Counted from the stretch's first letter, positions 28,396-38,166 are shown. The stretch: DNA of 64,000 nucleotides from Gemmatimonadales bacterium (GCA_035488835.1 DATHKX010000205.1:9686-73685); one strand, 5' to 3'. Notes: a model not told the origin generated them from the letters alone. Numbers and translations are program-made.

Positions 28396-30316
28396 CGGGG
28401 GGTGGGCTGGCGTCGGGTGGTGGCGGAGGGGCGCTGTCCGGGGGGATGGTGGTCCCGGTATCGAGCGGCGCAACCGTCGTGTCCTCCCCGGGGGCGCCGG
28501 GCAGGATCTGCACCGGGTGTGGCGCGGTGTCGGTCGGGAGCACGATCCGCACCTTCGACGCGAGGGTCGTGTCCACCCCGAGATAATGGCCGATCACGCG
28601 GGTCACGAGCGGTGCCACGTAGGGGCCCTCCCGTGCGAACTCCACGATGGCGCCCACGACGATCTCCGGTTTCTCGGCAGGTGCAAATCCAATGAACCAG
28701 CCGTGCGCCGGCCCGTGCGGGTTCTGCGCCGTACCGGTCTTGCCGGCGATCGAGATGCTGCCGCCGAACCGCCCCGCGCCTCGCGCCGTGCCACGCTCCA
28801 CCACGCTGATCATCGCCTGTCGCAGTCCCGAGAGCTGTTCGGGCGCGAGGGAGAGGCTGACGGTCGAGCCGGCGGAGGGATGGACGAGATAGGGAGGCCG
28901 CGCGCGGCCGTCGCTCGCGAGCATCTGGTAGAAGCGGACCATGTTCACGAGGGTCTGGGCATTTTCTCCTTGCCCGATGGCCAGGTTCAGCGTCACCGCC
29001 GACGTCCAGCGGCGCGGGCCGTACACGCGGTCGTAATAGTCGGTCCCACCAGGAAATTCCGAGGTGATCTCACCGGGGAGGTCGATGCCGGTGCGCGCGT
29101 GGAAACCCAACCCGGTGGCGTCCTCGAGCAACGACGTGAGGCCGAGCTTCAGGCCCAGCTGGTAGAAGTACACATCGCAGCTCTGGGCGATCGCGTCGGC
29201 GAGGGCCAGGTCGCCGTGCCCTTTGGCCGACCAGCAGCGGAAGAAGCGGTTGCCGTACTGCAACCCGCCGCGACAGGGGATGGGCATCCGCGACCGGAGC
29301 GTGACGATGCCCCGTTTCAGCGCCATCGCGGCCAGGGCCAGCTTCCAGGTGGATCCCGGCGGATAGCGTGCCTGGATGGTGCGATCGAACAGCGGGTGCG
29401 CCTCGCTCACGTTGAGGCGACGCCAGTAGTCCGGATCAACGCCGCCCACAAAGGCGTTGGGATCGAAGCCCGGCGCGCTGTACAGGGCGAGGATCTCGCC
29501 CGAATTGGGGTTCAGCGCGAGCACCGCGCCGCGTTGTCCCGCCGGAAAGATTTGCGCGATGTAGCGCTGCAGCTCGAGATCGATGGTCGTATGGAGGGCC
29601 CGCCCGGGGATCGGCGACAGCCGCGAGCCGCTGCCTGCCTCCCGCACGACCTGCCCCAACGCGCTCACCTCCACGAACCGCACGCCGTCCGCGCCGCGGA
29701 GCGTGTCGTCGTACTGGCGCTCGAGCCCGCCCTTTCCCAGGAGGCCCCCGAGCCGTACCGCCGCGAAGCGCCGCTGGGCCCGCTCCGTCTCGGTGAGCTC
29801 CCCGACGTAGCCCACCAGATGGGCCACCAGCGAACTGTCCGGGTAGTGCCGCTTCGGCTCCGGCTGGATGAGCAGCCCCGGAAAGATCAGCCGCCGCTCC
29901 TCGAGCGCCGACACGACCTCGAACGTCGCGTTCGGGAGCACGCTGACCGGCAGGTACGGCGTCCGGCGGTACCGGATCAGGACCCGCTCGATGCCGAGGC
30001 TGTCGAGCTTCACGATCGACGCGATGCGGCGCAGCGTGGCCCGGAGCGAGTCCTCGTCCGCCGCCGGCAGCAGCGACACGGTATAGCCGGTCACGTTCTC
30101 CGCGAGGATCTTGCCGTTGCGGTCGGTGATGATGCCGCGGGGCGCGGGCAGCGGGATGGGTCGCAGCCGGTTCGTCTCGGACTGCAGCTGATATTTCGAG
30201 TGCTCGAGGATCTGCGTCCGGAAGAACACGAGGACCAGCGCGATCCCCGCCCCCCACACCACCGCCCGCGTGAGACGGAGCCGCCGCTCGAGCAGGTGCG
30301 GGTGGAACGCGCTCAC
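28367..30316 (-). CDS. mrdA: Penicillin-binding protein 2 (elongasome transpeptidase)
   Basis: PBP dimerisation plus transpeptidase domains: PPGSTWK (SxxK), SCD (SxN-like), KTGTA (KTG). GTG at 30316 overlaps the mreD stop (GTGA). The listed ORF's N-terminal 55 aa overlap mreD. Confidence 0.9.
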   Translation of the reverse strand: MSAFHPHLLERRLRLTRAVVWGAGIALVLVFFRTQILEHSKYQLQSETNRLRPIPLPAPRGIITDRNGKILAENVTGYTVSLLPAADEDSLRATLRRIASIVKLDSLGIERVLIRYRRTPYLPVSVLPNATFEVVSALEERRLIFPGLLIQPEPKRHYPDSSLVAHLVGYVGELTETERAQRRFAAVRLGGLLGKGGLERQYDDTLRGADGVRFVEVSALGQVVREAGSGSRLSPIPGRALHTTIDLELQRYIAQIFPAGQRGAVLALNPNSGEILALYSAPGFDPNAFVGGVDPDYWRRLNVSEAHPLFDRTIQARYPPGSTWKLALAAMALKRGIVTLRSRMPIPCRGGLQYGNRFFRCWSAKGHGDLALADAIAQSCDVYFYQLGLKLGLTSLLEDATGLGFHARTGIDLPGEITSEFPGGTDYYDRVYGPRRWTSAVTLNLAIGQGENAQTLVNMVRFYQMLASDGRARPPYLVHPSAGSTVSLSLAPEQLSGLRQAMISVVERGTARGAGRFGGSISIAGKTGTAQNPHGPAHGWFIGFAPAEKPEIVVGAIVEFAREGPYVAPLVTRVIGHYLGVDTTLASKVRIVLPTDTAPHPVQILPGAPGEDTTVAPLDTGTTIPPDSAPPPPPDASPPPDAAAAPRDR

Positions 30317-30810
30317 GCGTCGCTCAGGCGGATCGCGAGGTGGCGCCCGAACAGCCACAGCACGATGACGCCCGCCACCGCCGTCGTCAGGCTCTGGATG
30401 GGAGACCACACGAGCAGCTCCCAGCCGAGCATCCCGCCCTTGAGTTTCCCGGAGGCGAGCGCCACCGCGAGGTTGCGGCACCAGGTGCCGGCAAAGAACA
30501 GACAGCCGTTCACGAACAGGTTCTCCGCGAAAAACACCGCCTTGCTCCAGGAGGAGAGATACCCCACGAGCGTGTGCGCGAGCGCCCCCGCGCCGAATGA
30601 CGCCGGCGTGAGCGCGTCTCGTAGCAGGCCGACCAGGAACCCCGCGCCGGCGCTCGGGCCCGGCCGGGCACGGATGGTGTAGATGAGGAGGGCCAGCAGC
30701 AGGAAATCGGGCGCCACCCGGTCACCCCCCAGCCGTCCGCGCACGGAGAACTGCAGCACCACGAGGGCCGCCAGAATCACGTAAAAGCGGTACTTGTCGG
30801 TGCGTCTCAC
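30313..30810 (-). CDS. mreD: Rod shape-determining protein MreD
   Basis: Small polytopic membrane protein located between mreC and mrdA. GTG at 30810 overlaps the mreC stop (GTGA). Confidence 0.75.
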   Translation of the reverse strand: MRRTDKYRFYVILAALVVLQFSVRGRLGGDRVAPDFLLLALLIYTIRARPGPSAGAGFLVGLLRDALTPASFGAGALAHTLVGYLSSWSKAVFFAENLFVNGCLFFAGTWCRNLAVALASGKLKGGMLGWELLVWSPIQSLTTAVAGVIVLWLFGRHLAIRLSDA

Positions 30811-31658
30811 GGCGTCTCTCCGCTCGATTCGAACAGCGCGCGCAGGTCCCCGCGGATCGGCGGCCCGGTGAGGATCATCACGTGCGTCACGGCGCCGGGA
30901 TGGACGGCCGGCCGGATGAGGTAGGTGCGCTCCCATCCTTCCGCTTGCCCCGCGACGCTCACCACCGTGCCGATCGGAATGCCGCGCGGCAGCACGCCCC
31001 CCAGACCGGAGGTGAGGATCATCGTGCCCGTGGGCACGAGCTGCCGGTAGGCCACGCCCTGCAGCTCGAGTAGCCAGATGTGCGGCCCGTCACTGCCGTG
31101 CGGCGCGACGATGCCGTAGACGCTCCCGTCGGCCGCCATGGCGCTGGCGCGGAATTCGGGGTGCGCCCAGCTCACGACCACGCTCGTCTTCGCGTCCACC
31201 GCGCTCACGATCCCCACGAGGCCGTCCGGGCTCACCACGGCGGACAAAAGCTTCACCCCCTGCTTTTTTCCCGCCGACACGATGAACGTGAGCGCGCCCG
31301 TGGGTTCGGGCTCGCGTAACACCTCGGCCGGGACGTAGCCGCTCGACAGGCGCTGGCCCAGGCCGAGCAGGCTGCGGAGCCGGGTGTTCTCGCCCCGCAG
31401 CTCGGGAAGGAACGTGGCGGCGAGGGCGGCGGAGTCGCGTTGCGCGACCACCGCGTCGTAGCGCGCCAGCGAGGCGGAGAGGAGCTCGGTTTGCTGCTGC
31501 AGGGCGAGGAACGGGGCGAGCACGGTCTGACGCAGCCCCCGCGCGAGCGGATCGCGGATCCGCTCGGGCAGGCTCATGGCGGCAACGGAAAGCAGGACGC
31601 AGCCGAGGAACGCCAAGGTGTCGCCCCGCGAGGCGTAGCGGTCGGCTCCGAGCGCCAT
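30807..31658 (-). CDS. mreC: Rod shape-determining protein MreC
   Basis: N-terminal anchor, a coiled-coil-like region, then a beta-rich domain (GLVGIV, ILTSGLGGVLPRGIPIGTV). Starts immediately after mreB. Confidence 0.85.
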   Translation of the reverse strand: MALGADRYASRGDTLAFLGCVLLSVAAMSLPERIRDPLARGLRQTVLAPFLALQQQTELLSASLARYDAVVAQRDSAALAATFLPELRGENTRLRSLLGLGQRLSSGYVPAEVLREPEPTGALTFIVSAGKKQGVKLLSAVVSPDGLVGIVSAVDAKTSVVVSWAHPEFRASAMAADGSVYGIVAPHGSDGPHIWLLELQGVAYRQLVPTGTMILTSGLGGVLPRGIPIGTVVSVAGQAEGWERTYLIRPAVHPGAVTHVMILTGPPIRGDLRALFESSGETP

Positions 31659-31662
31659 CGCC

Positions 31663-32706
31663 CTAGGTCGTCAGGACGTTGCGGTATTTCTCCGGGTCGT
31701 CGAGGATCCGCCCCGTCCCCCGCACGACGCAGGTCATCGGGTCCTCGTCGAGGTGGATCGGCAGGCCCGTCTCCTGCTGCAGCAGCACGTCGAGGCCGCG
31801 AATCAGCGCGCCCCCGCCGGTCATCACGATCCCTCGATCGACGATGTCCGACGCCAGCTCCGGCGGGGTGATCTCCAGGGCCCGCCGCACCGCGTCCACG
31901 ATCTGCTGGATCGGCTCCTGCACCGCCTCCCGGATCTCGCTCGAGTGCACCCGCACGATCTTCGGAATCCCGGAGACGAGGTCGCGGCCCTTCACTTCCA
32001 TTTCCCGCTCTTCTCCGACGGGTGCGGCCGATCCGATCTGGATCTTGATCAGCTCGGCCGTGGGCTCGCCGATCAGGAGGTTGTAGTTCTTTCGCATGAA
32101 CTGCACGATCGCCTGGTCCAGCTCGTCGCCGCCGGTACGGATCGACGTGTCCGATACGATCCCCGAGAGAGCGATCACCGCGATCTCCGTGGTGCCGCCC
32201 CCGATGTCGATCACCATGTTCCCGGTAGGCGTCTCGACGGGCAGCCCCACGCCGATGGCCGCCGCCATCGGCTCGGCGACCATGTAGACCTCCTTCGCCC
32301 CGGCCGACTGCGCCGAGTCCCGCACGGCGCGCTTTTCGACCTCGGTGATGCCCGACGGCACGCACACGATCACCTTGGGCTTCACGCGGAACAGATGACG
32401 GTCGATGATGGTCTTCAGGAAGAACCGCAGCATCTTCTCGGTGACGTCGAAGTCGGCGATCACGCCGTCCTTGAGCGGCCGCACGGCCAGAATGCCGTCC
32501 GGCGTGCGGCCCAGCATCCGCTTCGCCTCGAGCCCGATGCCTTTGATTTTCCCGGTCGACTTTTCGATCGCGACGACGGAGGGCTCGTTGAGCACGATGC
32601 CCTCCCCCTTCACGTAGATCAACGTGTTGGCGGTGCCCAGATCGACGGCGATTTCATTCGCCGGACTCCAGGCACCGAGCGTCCACTTCGGCCAGCGTAT
32701 GGGCAC
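31663..32706 (-). CDS. mreB: Actin-like rod shape-determining protein MreB
   Basis: [56 protein letters not shown]. Confidence 0.95.
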   Translation of the reverse strand: MPIRWPKWTLGAWSPANEIAVDLGTANTLIYVKGEGIVLNEPSVVAIEKSTGKIKGIGLEAKRMLGRTPDGILAVRPLKDGVIADFDVTEKMLRFFLKTIIDRHLFRVKPKVIVCVPSGITEVEKRAVRDSAQSAGAKEVYMVAEPMAAAIGVGLPVETPTGNMVIDIGGGTTEIAVIALSGIVSDTSIRTGGDELDQAIVQFMRKNYNLLIGEPTAELIKIQIGSAAPVGEEREMEVKGRDLVSGIPKIVRVHSSEIREAVQEPIQQIVDAVRRALEITPPELASDIVDRGIVMTGGGALIRGLDVLLQQETGLPIHLDEDPMTCVVRGTGRILDDPEKYRNVLTT

Positions 32707-32786
32707 GAGGTCGTCGGGTGAAAGTCGTTAGGGGGGCGCGTGCGAGCGCATCAAGCTAATGAAAAGCGTAACTCCAAGCAAGGCTG

Positions 32787-33029
32787 ATGCTTGACGCCTC
32801 CGATCACCACGGCTACCGTTCGCGCATGCGGCCCGCCCCGGCCTTCCCCGAGATTGCCGTAGTGGATCTCCAGGTATGCGACCGTTGCGGTCTGTGCCTT
32901 CCCCTCTGCCCCCCTGAAGCGATTCACCTCGAGCTCACCGACCTGGTCGTGGACCAGAGCACGTGCACCGGCTGCCGCAAATGCATCGCCCCCTGCCCCG
33001 TCGGCGCGCTCACGATGGTCCCCGCGTGA
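32787..33029 (+). CDS. 2x[4Fe-4S] ferredoxin
   Basis: CDRCGLCLPLCP and CTGCRKCIAPCP cluster motifs in an 80-aa protein. Confidence 0.8.
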   Translation: MLDASDHHGYRSRMRPAPAFPEIAVVDLQVCDRCGLCLPLCPPEAIHLELTDLVVDQSTCTGCRKCIAPCPVGALTMVPA

Positions 33030-34204
33030 CGCACGACACCGATGTGTTGGTCATTGGTGCGGGCCCGGCGGGCGCGGTGGCGGCGTGGGAGGCGAAGCGG
33101 GCCGCGCCCGAGCTCGACGTTGTGTTGCTCGAGCGCGACGCGCGAGTGGGCACGCCGGTCCGCTGCGCCGAAGGGGTCGGGAACGCGGGGCTGCGCGAGT
33201 TCGCGGACCCCGACGGCGCTCCCTGGGCCGCCCGCAAGATCACGCGCGTCGTGTTCGTCGCGCCGGACGACACCGAGGTGAAGGTCGCCGAGCGCGACGT
33301 CGGCTGGATTCTCGATCGCTCGCAATTCGACGCGTTTCTCGCCGAGCGGGCCGTGGCCCTGGGGGCCGAGCTGCTCGTGAGCACCGAGGCGGCCGGTATG
33401 ATGTGCGAGCCCGACGGCCGCTGGCGGGTCCGGCTGCGCGGCGCCGGGGGCGAAGCGATATGCCGGGCGCGGGTCGTGATCGGGACGGATGGCGTCGAGG
33501 CGATGGTCGGCCGCTGGGCGGGTCTCGAGACTCGGGTCCCCGCGCGTGACATGGAGTCGTGCGCGCAGTATGTCGTCGAAGGGATCGACTTCGATCCCGA
33601 CGCTATCTATCTGCAGTTCGGCGCCGGCATCGCGCCGGGTGGGTACGCCTGGCTCTTCCCCAAGAGCCCGGGCGTGGCGAACGTGGGCCTCGGCCTCGTG
33701 GCGCTGAAGGCCGACGCCCGCAACGCCCGACAATATCTCGACGCCTGGATCGCCCGCCGCTATCCTCGGGGTGCCAAGCGGACCTGCACGGTGGGCGGCG
33801 TCATCGCGCACACGACCATCCGGCAGACCTATACCGACGGCGTCCTGGTGGCGGGCGACGCGGCCCACATGATCAACCCACTGTCCGGGGGCGGCATCGT
33901 GAATGCCATGAAGGCGGGCCGGCTCGCCGGCCGCGTCGCGACGGCGGCGATCCGCGCGGGAGACACGAGTGCCAGTCGGCTGTCGGCCTACCACGCCGAG
34001 TGGATGGCGCAGCTCGGGGACGATCACCTCAAGTATTACCGGCTCAAGCGGGCGCTCGAGGACCTGGATGACCAGTTCTTCAACTCCCTGGCGCGCGCTG
34101 CGAACACAATCCCCGCAGGGAAGCGAACGCTGGGTCGGATCTTTGCTCACGCACTCGTCCGGCACCCGCAGCTGATTCCGGTGGCCGCGCGATTCTTCAT
34201 CTAA
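33026..34204 (+). CDS. Geranylgeranyl reductase family flavoprotein
   Basis: GTG overlaps the ferredoxin stop (GTGA). [18 protein letters not shown] fold, [34 protein letters not shown]. Confidence 0.85.
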   Translation: MTHDTDVLVIGAGPAGAVAAWEAKRAAPELDVVLLERDARVGTPVRCAEGVGNAGLREFADPDGAPWAARKITRVVFVAPDDTEVKVAERDVGWILDRSQFDAFLAERAVALGAELLVSTEAAGMMCEPDGRWRVRLRGAGGEAICRARVVIGTDGVEAMVGRWAGLETRVPARDMESCAQYVVEGIDFDPDAIYLQFGAGIAPGGYAWLFPKSPGVANVGLGLVALKADARNARQYLDAWIARRYPRGAKRTCTVGGVIAHTTIRQTYTDGVLVAGDAAHMINPLSGGGIVNAMKAGRLAGRVATAAIRAGDTSASRLSAYHAEWMAQLGDDHLKYYRLKRALEDLDDQFFNSLARAANTIPAGKRTLGRIFAHALVRHPQLIPVAARFFI

Positions 34205-34214
34205 TGGGAGTTCA

Positions 34215-35117
34215 ATGCTAGCGATCGATCTCCGGGGCAAGCGGGCGTTGGTAGCGGGTGTGGCCGACGATGGCGGCTACGGCTTCGCCATCGCCAAGGC
34301 ACTGGCCGAAGCCGGCGCGACGGTGTGCGCCGGCACATGGCCCCCGGCGCTGAACATCTTCCTCAACCTGCTCGAGCGCGGCAAGATCGACGCAGCGCGC
34401 CGCATGCCGGACGGCTCGCTCCTCCAGTTCGAGAAGATCTATCCCCTCGATGCCGTGTTCGACACGCTCGCGGAGGCTCCGGAAGACATTCGCGGCAATA
34501 AACGCTACAAGGACGTGGGCGATTTCTCGATCGCCGGCCTCGCGCAGCGCCTGGTGCAGGACTTCGGCGACCGGCCGCTCGACATCGTCGTCCACTCGCT
34601 CGCCAATGGTCCCGAGGTCAAGAAACCCCTGCTCGAGACGAGCCGGGCAGGCTACCTCGCCGCGGTGAGCGCGAGCGCCTTTTCCCTCGTGTCGCTCGTC
34701 GCCCGGCTCGGACCACTCACGCGCCCGGGTGGCTCGTTCCTGTCGCTCACGTACATGGCGAGCGAGCGCGTGGTGCCCGGGTACGGGGGCGGCATGTCGT
34801 CCGCCAAGGCGGCGCTCGAGAGCGACACGCGCACCCTCGCCTTCGAGGCCGGCCGGAAATACGGGCTGCGGGTGAACACGATCTCCGCGGGGCCGCTCGC
34901 GTCACGCGCCGCGAGCGCCATCGGGAAGATCGAGCAGATGGTCGAGTACTACGCCGCCAACGCGCCGCTCACCGAGCCCCTCACCGCCCGGGAAGTCGGC
35001 ACGACGGCGGCGTTCCTCGCGAGCCCGCTGGGGAGCGGGATCACGGGGACGACCATCTATGTGGACAAGGGCTACCACGCGATGGGGGCCGCGGTGCATG
35101 CGGGGAATCTGCTGTGA
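34215..35117 (+). CDS. fabI: Enoyl-ACP reductase (NADH), FabI
   Basis: [50 protein letters not shown] (Y-x6-K), NTISAGPL. Confidence 0.9.
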   Translation: MLAIDLRGKRALVAGVADDGGYGFAIAKALAEAGATVCAGTWPPALNIFLNLLERGKIDAARRMPDGSLLQFEKIYPLDAVFDTLAEAPEDIRGNKRYKDVGDFSIAGLAQRLVQDFGDRPLDIVVHSLANGPEVKKPLLETSRAGYLAAVSASAFSLVSLVARLGPLTRPGGSFLSLTYMASERVVPGYGGGMSSAKAALESDTRTLAFEAGRKYGLRVNTISAGPLASRAASAIGKIEQMVEYYAANAPLTEPLTAREVGTTAAFLASPLGSGITGTTIYVDKGYHAMGAAVHAGNLL

Positions 35118-35128
35118 GGCGGTGAGTG

Positions 35129-35163
35129 GTGAGCCGTGAGCGCTGCCACCGCTCACCCCTCAC
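35129..35163. terminator. Interrupted GC hairpin between convergent fabI and the deacetylase gene (candidate bidirectional terminator)
   Basis: GTGAG-CC-GTGAGCG-CTGCCAC-CGCTCAC-CC-CTCAC: 7-bp plus 5-bp helices. No clear U-run. Overlaps the deacetylase stop codon. Confidence 0.35.
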
Positions 35164-35981
35164 GGCTTGCCGCTCACTGTCAGCATCACGCTCGTCCCGA
35201 CCGCGCACCGGTTAGCGGCGTGTGCAACGGCTCTACCCAACCAGCCAAGCCGGTCCTCCCGCAATCCGAACGGCACCTTCCCCACGTCCCACACGTAGAC
35301 CGGTAGGCGCGTCAGGGCGAACGGTGAACCGTTGCCGCGCACACCCCCAAACCCCAACCCGTATCCGGCGGCGCACGCCAGCCGCTCGATCCGCTCGTCG
35401 CGCGCGCCGAACGGATAGGCGACGGCGCGTGCCGCCTGAGGTCCCAGGCGGTGTCGCAGCGTTTCGCGGGACCGCTCGAGCTCGGCGGCAGCCTGGCCGT
35501 CCGACAGCCACGTGAGCCGCGAGTGCGACGCGGTATGCGAGGCGAAGTCGAAGCCCCGCTCCTGCCAGCGCCCGATGGTGTCCCAATCGAGATGGGCGAG
35601 CCGGCGCCACGTGTACCGCACGTCCCACGTGTTCAGTCGCCCGACGTAGTCCGTGATGACGAACGTGGTGGCGGTGAACCCCACATCGACGAGTAAGGGA
35701 TAGACGTGCTCGGCGAGGGACGCGTAGCCGTCGTCAAACGTCAAGACAAATTCGGAATGTGGAATGCGGAATGCGGAATGGCCGGGCCGGAGTCGCTCGG
35801 CGAACTGCTCCAACGTGAGGGTCTGCCAGCCCGCCCGTGCCAAAGAGGTCATCTGTCGTTCGAAGACCAGCCTCGGGACCCGGGTGACTCCGAGCTCGAG
35901 GGGCCCACCCACGCGATGGTAGCACAGCACCGGCGGAAGCGCTGCGGCCGGGACCTGGCCCATCAAATCCGCATTCCGCAC
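35160..35981 (-). CDS. Polysaccharide deacetylase (NodB homology) family protein
   Basis: LTFDDGYASL, FTATTFVITDYVG, ASHTASH. The start may be the second ATG (35963), because the first codons translate a heptamer repeat. Confidence 0.8.
   Translation of the reverse strand: MRNADLMGQVPAAALPPVLCYHRVGGPLELGVTRVPRLVFERQMTSLARAGWQTLTLEQFAERLRPGHSAFRIPHSEFVLTFDDGYASLAEHVYPLLVDVGFTATTFVITDYVGRLNTWDVRYTWRRLAHLDWDTIGRWQERGFDFASHTASHSRLTWLSDGQAAAELERSRETLRHRLGPQAARAVAYPFGARDERIERLACAAGYGLGFGGVRGNGSPFALTRLPVYVWDVGKVPFGLREDRLGWLGRAVAHAANRCAVGTSVMLTVSGKP
35754..35781. repeat. Tandem heptamer array GGAATGT-GGAATGC-GGAATGC-GGAATGG (left arm of an inverted pair)
   Basis: Read directly. Lies inside the deacetylase coding frame (encodes ...HSAFRIPHSEF...). 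Confidence 0.6.
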
Positions 35982-35996
35982 TCCGCACTCCGCATT
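35969..35996. repeat. Tandem heptamer array CCGCATT-CCGCACT-CCGCACT-CCGCATT (right arm; reverse complement of the AATGCGG array)
   Basis: Read directly. Occupies the short spacer between the kinase stop (36000) and the deacetylase start. Confidence 0.6.
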
Positions 35997-35999
35997 GCT

Positions 36000-36845
36000 T
36001 CAGGCTCCCGTCCCCGGCCAGCTACCGCTCGCCAACGCGGACCCTGCATCCGCCCACCGCGTGCTCGGCTCGGCGGCGCGACAGCGGCGCTCGAGCTCGG
36101 CGAGCCAGGCCGGCACCGAGCGGACCTCTTCGAGCGGCTCAGGGTTGCCGGCGGGTGGCCGCCCCGTCAGCATCTCGTGCACGAGGACCCCCACGGCGAA
36201 CATGTCGTCCCGCGTGCCCGGCGCGGCCTGGCCGGCCCGGCGCTCGGGCGCCAGGTAGTCGGTCGCGCACAGCGCCGCCGTCGCCGCCCCGCCGCCGTCG
36301 CCGGTGAGGGCCTGTGCCAACGCACCCACAATCCCCGTGTCGGCGACCAGGGCCTGCCCGTCGCCGAGCAGCACGTTCTCGGGCTTCAAATCGCCGTGCG
36401 CGACGCCGTCGGCATGAGCGTGGGCCAACGCCGCGAGCACGTCCCGCAGCACCTCCACGGCCCGCCGGAGCGGCAGCTCTCCATGGCGCGCCAGCCAGGC
36501 CCGCAACGTGGTGCCCTCGACGAACGTTCGGGTATGGTAAACGAAGGGTCCCGCCCTACCGGCGCCGCGCGGAGCCACGAGGCCCGGATGCTGGAGCCGA
36601 CGGCCCAGCCGCGCCATGTCCTGCTCGAATCGGGTGGAATCGACGGCGAGCGACAGCGGGCCGGGCAGCACCTTCACCAGGAGGCCGCTGCCGGCAGACC
36701 GTTCGAGGGCCACGAACATGCGGCAGTTGCCGACGGGTCGCACCTCGCGCTCCACCCGGTACGCGGGCTCGAGCGCGTGCCCCAATGCCGCGCGGAGATC
36801 AGCCATGAATGTGCGAATATGGTGGCGGGCTGCCGTTGCCCGCAA
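36000..36845 (-). CDS. Atypical stand-alone Ser/Thr kinase-like protein (non-RD, DTG)
   Basis: LLVKVL (Lys present), HGDLKPENVLL (HGD instead of HRD), ADTGIVGAL (DTG instead of DFG), DYLAPE. The glycine loop is degenerate (VRPVGNCRMF). Confidence 0.7.
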   Translation of the reverse strand: MRATAARHHIRTFMADLRAALGHALEPAYRVEREVRPVGNCRMFVALERSAGSGLLVKVLPGPLSLAVDSTRFEQDMARLGRRLQHPGLVAPRGAGRAGPFVYHTRTFVEGTTLRAWLARHGELPLRRAVEVLRDVLAALAHAHADGVAHGDLKPENVLLGDGQALVADTGIVGALAQALTGDGGGAATAALCATDYLAPERRAGQAAPGTRDDMFAVGVLVHEMLTGRPPAGNPEPLEEVRSVPAWLAELERRCRAAEPSTRWADAGSALASGSWPGTGA

Positions 36846-36943
36846 CCGTCCGGGATGGGCAGCAGGCCGTCGCGAATCCCTGACGCGACTATTCGCGGAC
36901 CCGTGACATCGTAGAAGGTAGTTCCCTACCGGAGGAATCGACG

Positions 36944-37552
36944 ATGCAGATCCGCCGTGGTACGATCGGGTGGATCGCGGCGATGCTCGCTGCGCTCATC
37001 GGGGTCGTCGCGTGGCGCGGGGTGGCGCGCAGTCAGCAGCAGGATCCACCGGAGGATCAGCTGCCGCGATTTGCGCAGCGCGACCAGCTCCTGAAACCCG
37101 TGGGTTGGGAGGCCTGGGTGATGGTCGGCGCCTCCACCGGGCTGTCGTACGCCGCCGCGCCCCTGCCGGCGGCAGGCGCCGCGCCCGGGATGTTTCACAA
37201 CGTCTACGTGCAGCCCTGGGCCTATCGCGAGTTCGTCCGGACGGGCGCGTTCCCCGAGCGCACGATGTTCGTGCTCTCGTTCTACGAGGCGTCGCGCAAG
37301 TCCACGCCGGCGCGGGCCGGCTTCTACGAAGGGGATCGGGTGCCGGCGATCGAGGTGCACCTGAAGCAGGCGGGCATCGACAAGACCGGCTGGGGGTTCT
37401 TCGGGTTCGGGGACAGCGCGGCGACCGCCGCGATGATCCCGGGGGCGGCCTCGTGCTACTCCTGCCACGCCACCGAGGCCGCCCACGACCAAGTGTTCAC
37501 CCAGTTCTATCCGCCGCTGCGGGAGCGGCTGACGCGGGCGGGCGGGCACTAG
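36944..37552 (+). CDS. Cytochrome P460-family haem protein (membrane-anchored or secreted)
   Basis: N-terminal hydrophobic anchor and a single C-terminal CYSCH (CxxCH) haem motif. About 200 aa with FHNVYV / WGFFGF segments consistent with the P460 fold. Confidence 0.7.
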   Translation: MQIRRGTIGWIAAMLAALIGVVAWRGVARSQQQDPPEDQLPRFAQRDQLLKPVGWEAWVMVGASTGLSYAAAPLPAAGAAPGMFHNVYVQPWAYREFVRTGAFPERTMFVLSFYEASRKSTPARAGFYEGDRVPAIEVHLKQAGIDKTGWGFFGFGDSAATAAMIPGAASCYSCHATEAAHDQVFTQFYPPLRERLTRAGGH

Positions 37553-37581
37553 CCGGATCAACCTCCGTCGGTCGGCGCAAT

Positions 37582-38166
37582 CTAGCGCCGCGGTGTCAGG
37601 CCGGTCGCCGTCGTCCAGAACCAATCGTCGACCCGCCCCACCTTCTGGTCCCCGCGAATCTCGGTCGGGTAGTCGAGGTATCGGTCGTAGCGCACCGCCA
37701 GGACATCCGCCGAGCGCGCGGCCTGCTCGATGAAGTCGAACATCCCCTCCACGGTGTTCGGCGCCCACGGCTCGACCAGCGACCCAGCGGCCCGCCCGGT
37801 CGTGTCGAGCAGCGCAACCGCCCGTCCTCCCCGTACCTCGAGCACGCGCGGCGCCGACGGCCACGGACAGAAGCAGCCGACCGCGACGCGGATGCGATAG
37901 TCCGTGATGCCGCGCGCCCGCCAGGCGGCGCGGCGGGTACGAGCCTCGGCGAGTATGGCGTCGCGCTCGGCGACGCTCAGGGTGTCACCGCCCCGCCGGG
38001 AGGGAGGCGCGGGCGGGGGCAGCGTGTCGCGCGCGATGTCGGACCGCTGTGGCGGGGACTCGAGCTGTGGGCGCGCCGGCGGCGCGTGATGACACGCGAG
38101 GCCGAGCGCGCCGAACAACGCGAGCGCCCAGTACAGCGCAGCCCGCCGGGGACGCCTCGGCGCCAC
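37582..38166 (-). CDS. Lipoprotein of unknown function (DUF6174-like)
   Basis: Signal plus lipobox-like LGLAC. YRIRVAVGCFCPWP ... YDRYLDYPTEIRGD resembles the DUF6174 pattern as I remember it. Confidence 0.5.
   Translation of the reverse strand: MAPRRPRRAALYWALALFGALGLACHHAPPARPQLESPPQRSDIARDTLPPPAPPSRRGGDTLSVAERDAILAEARTRRAAWRARGITDYRIRVAVGCFCPWPSAPRVLEVRGGRAVALLDTTGRAAGSLVEPWAPNTVEGMFDFIEQAARSADVLAVRYDRYLDYPTEIRGDQKVGRVDDWFWTTATGLTPRR

Noticed and set aside
26230-28695. 821-aa plus-strand ORF
   Set aside because: It runs antisense to accD, rodA and the mrdA 3' end, all of which have canonical motifs. Its composition (R/P/G/D/H runs) is that of a shadow ORF.
28517-30682. 721-aa plus-strand ORF
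   Set aside because: Antisense to PBP2 and mreD. No motifs. Shadow ORF of a GC3-rich gene.
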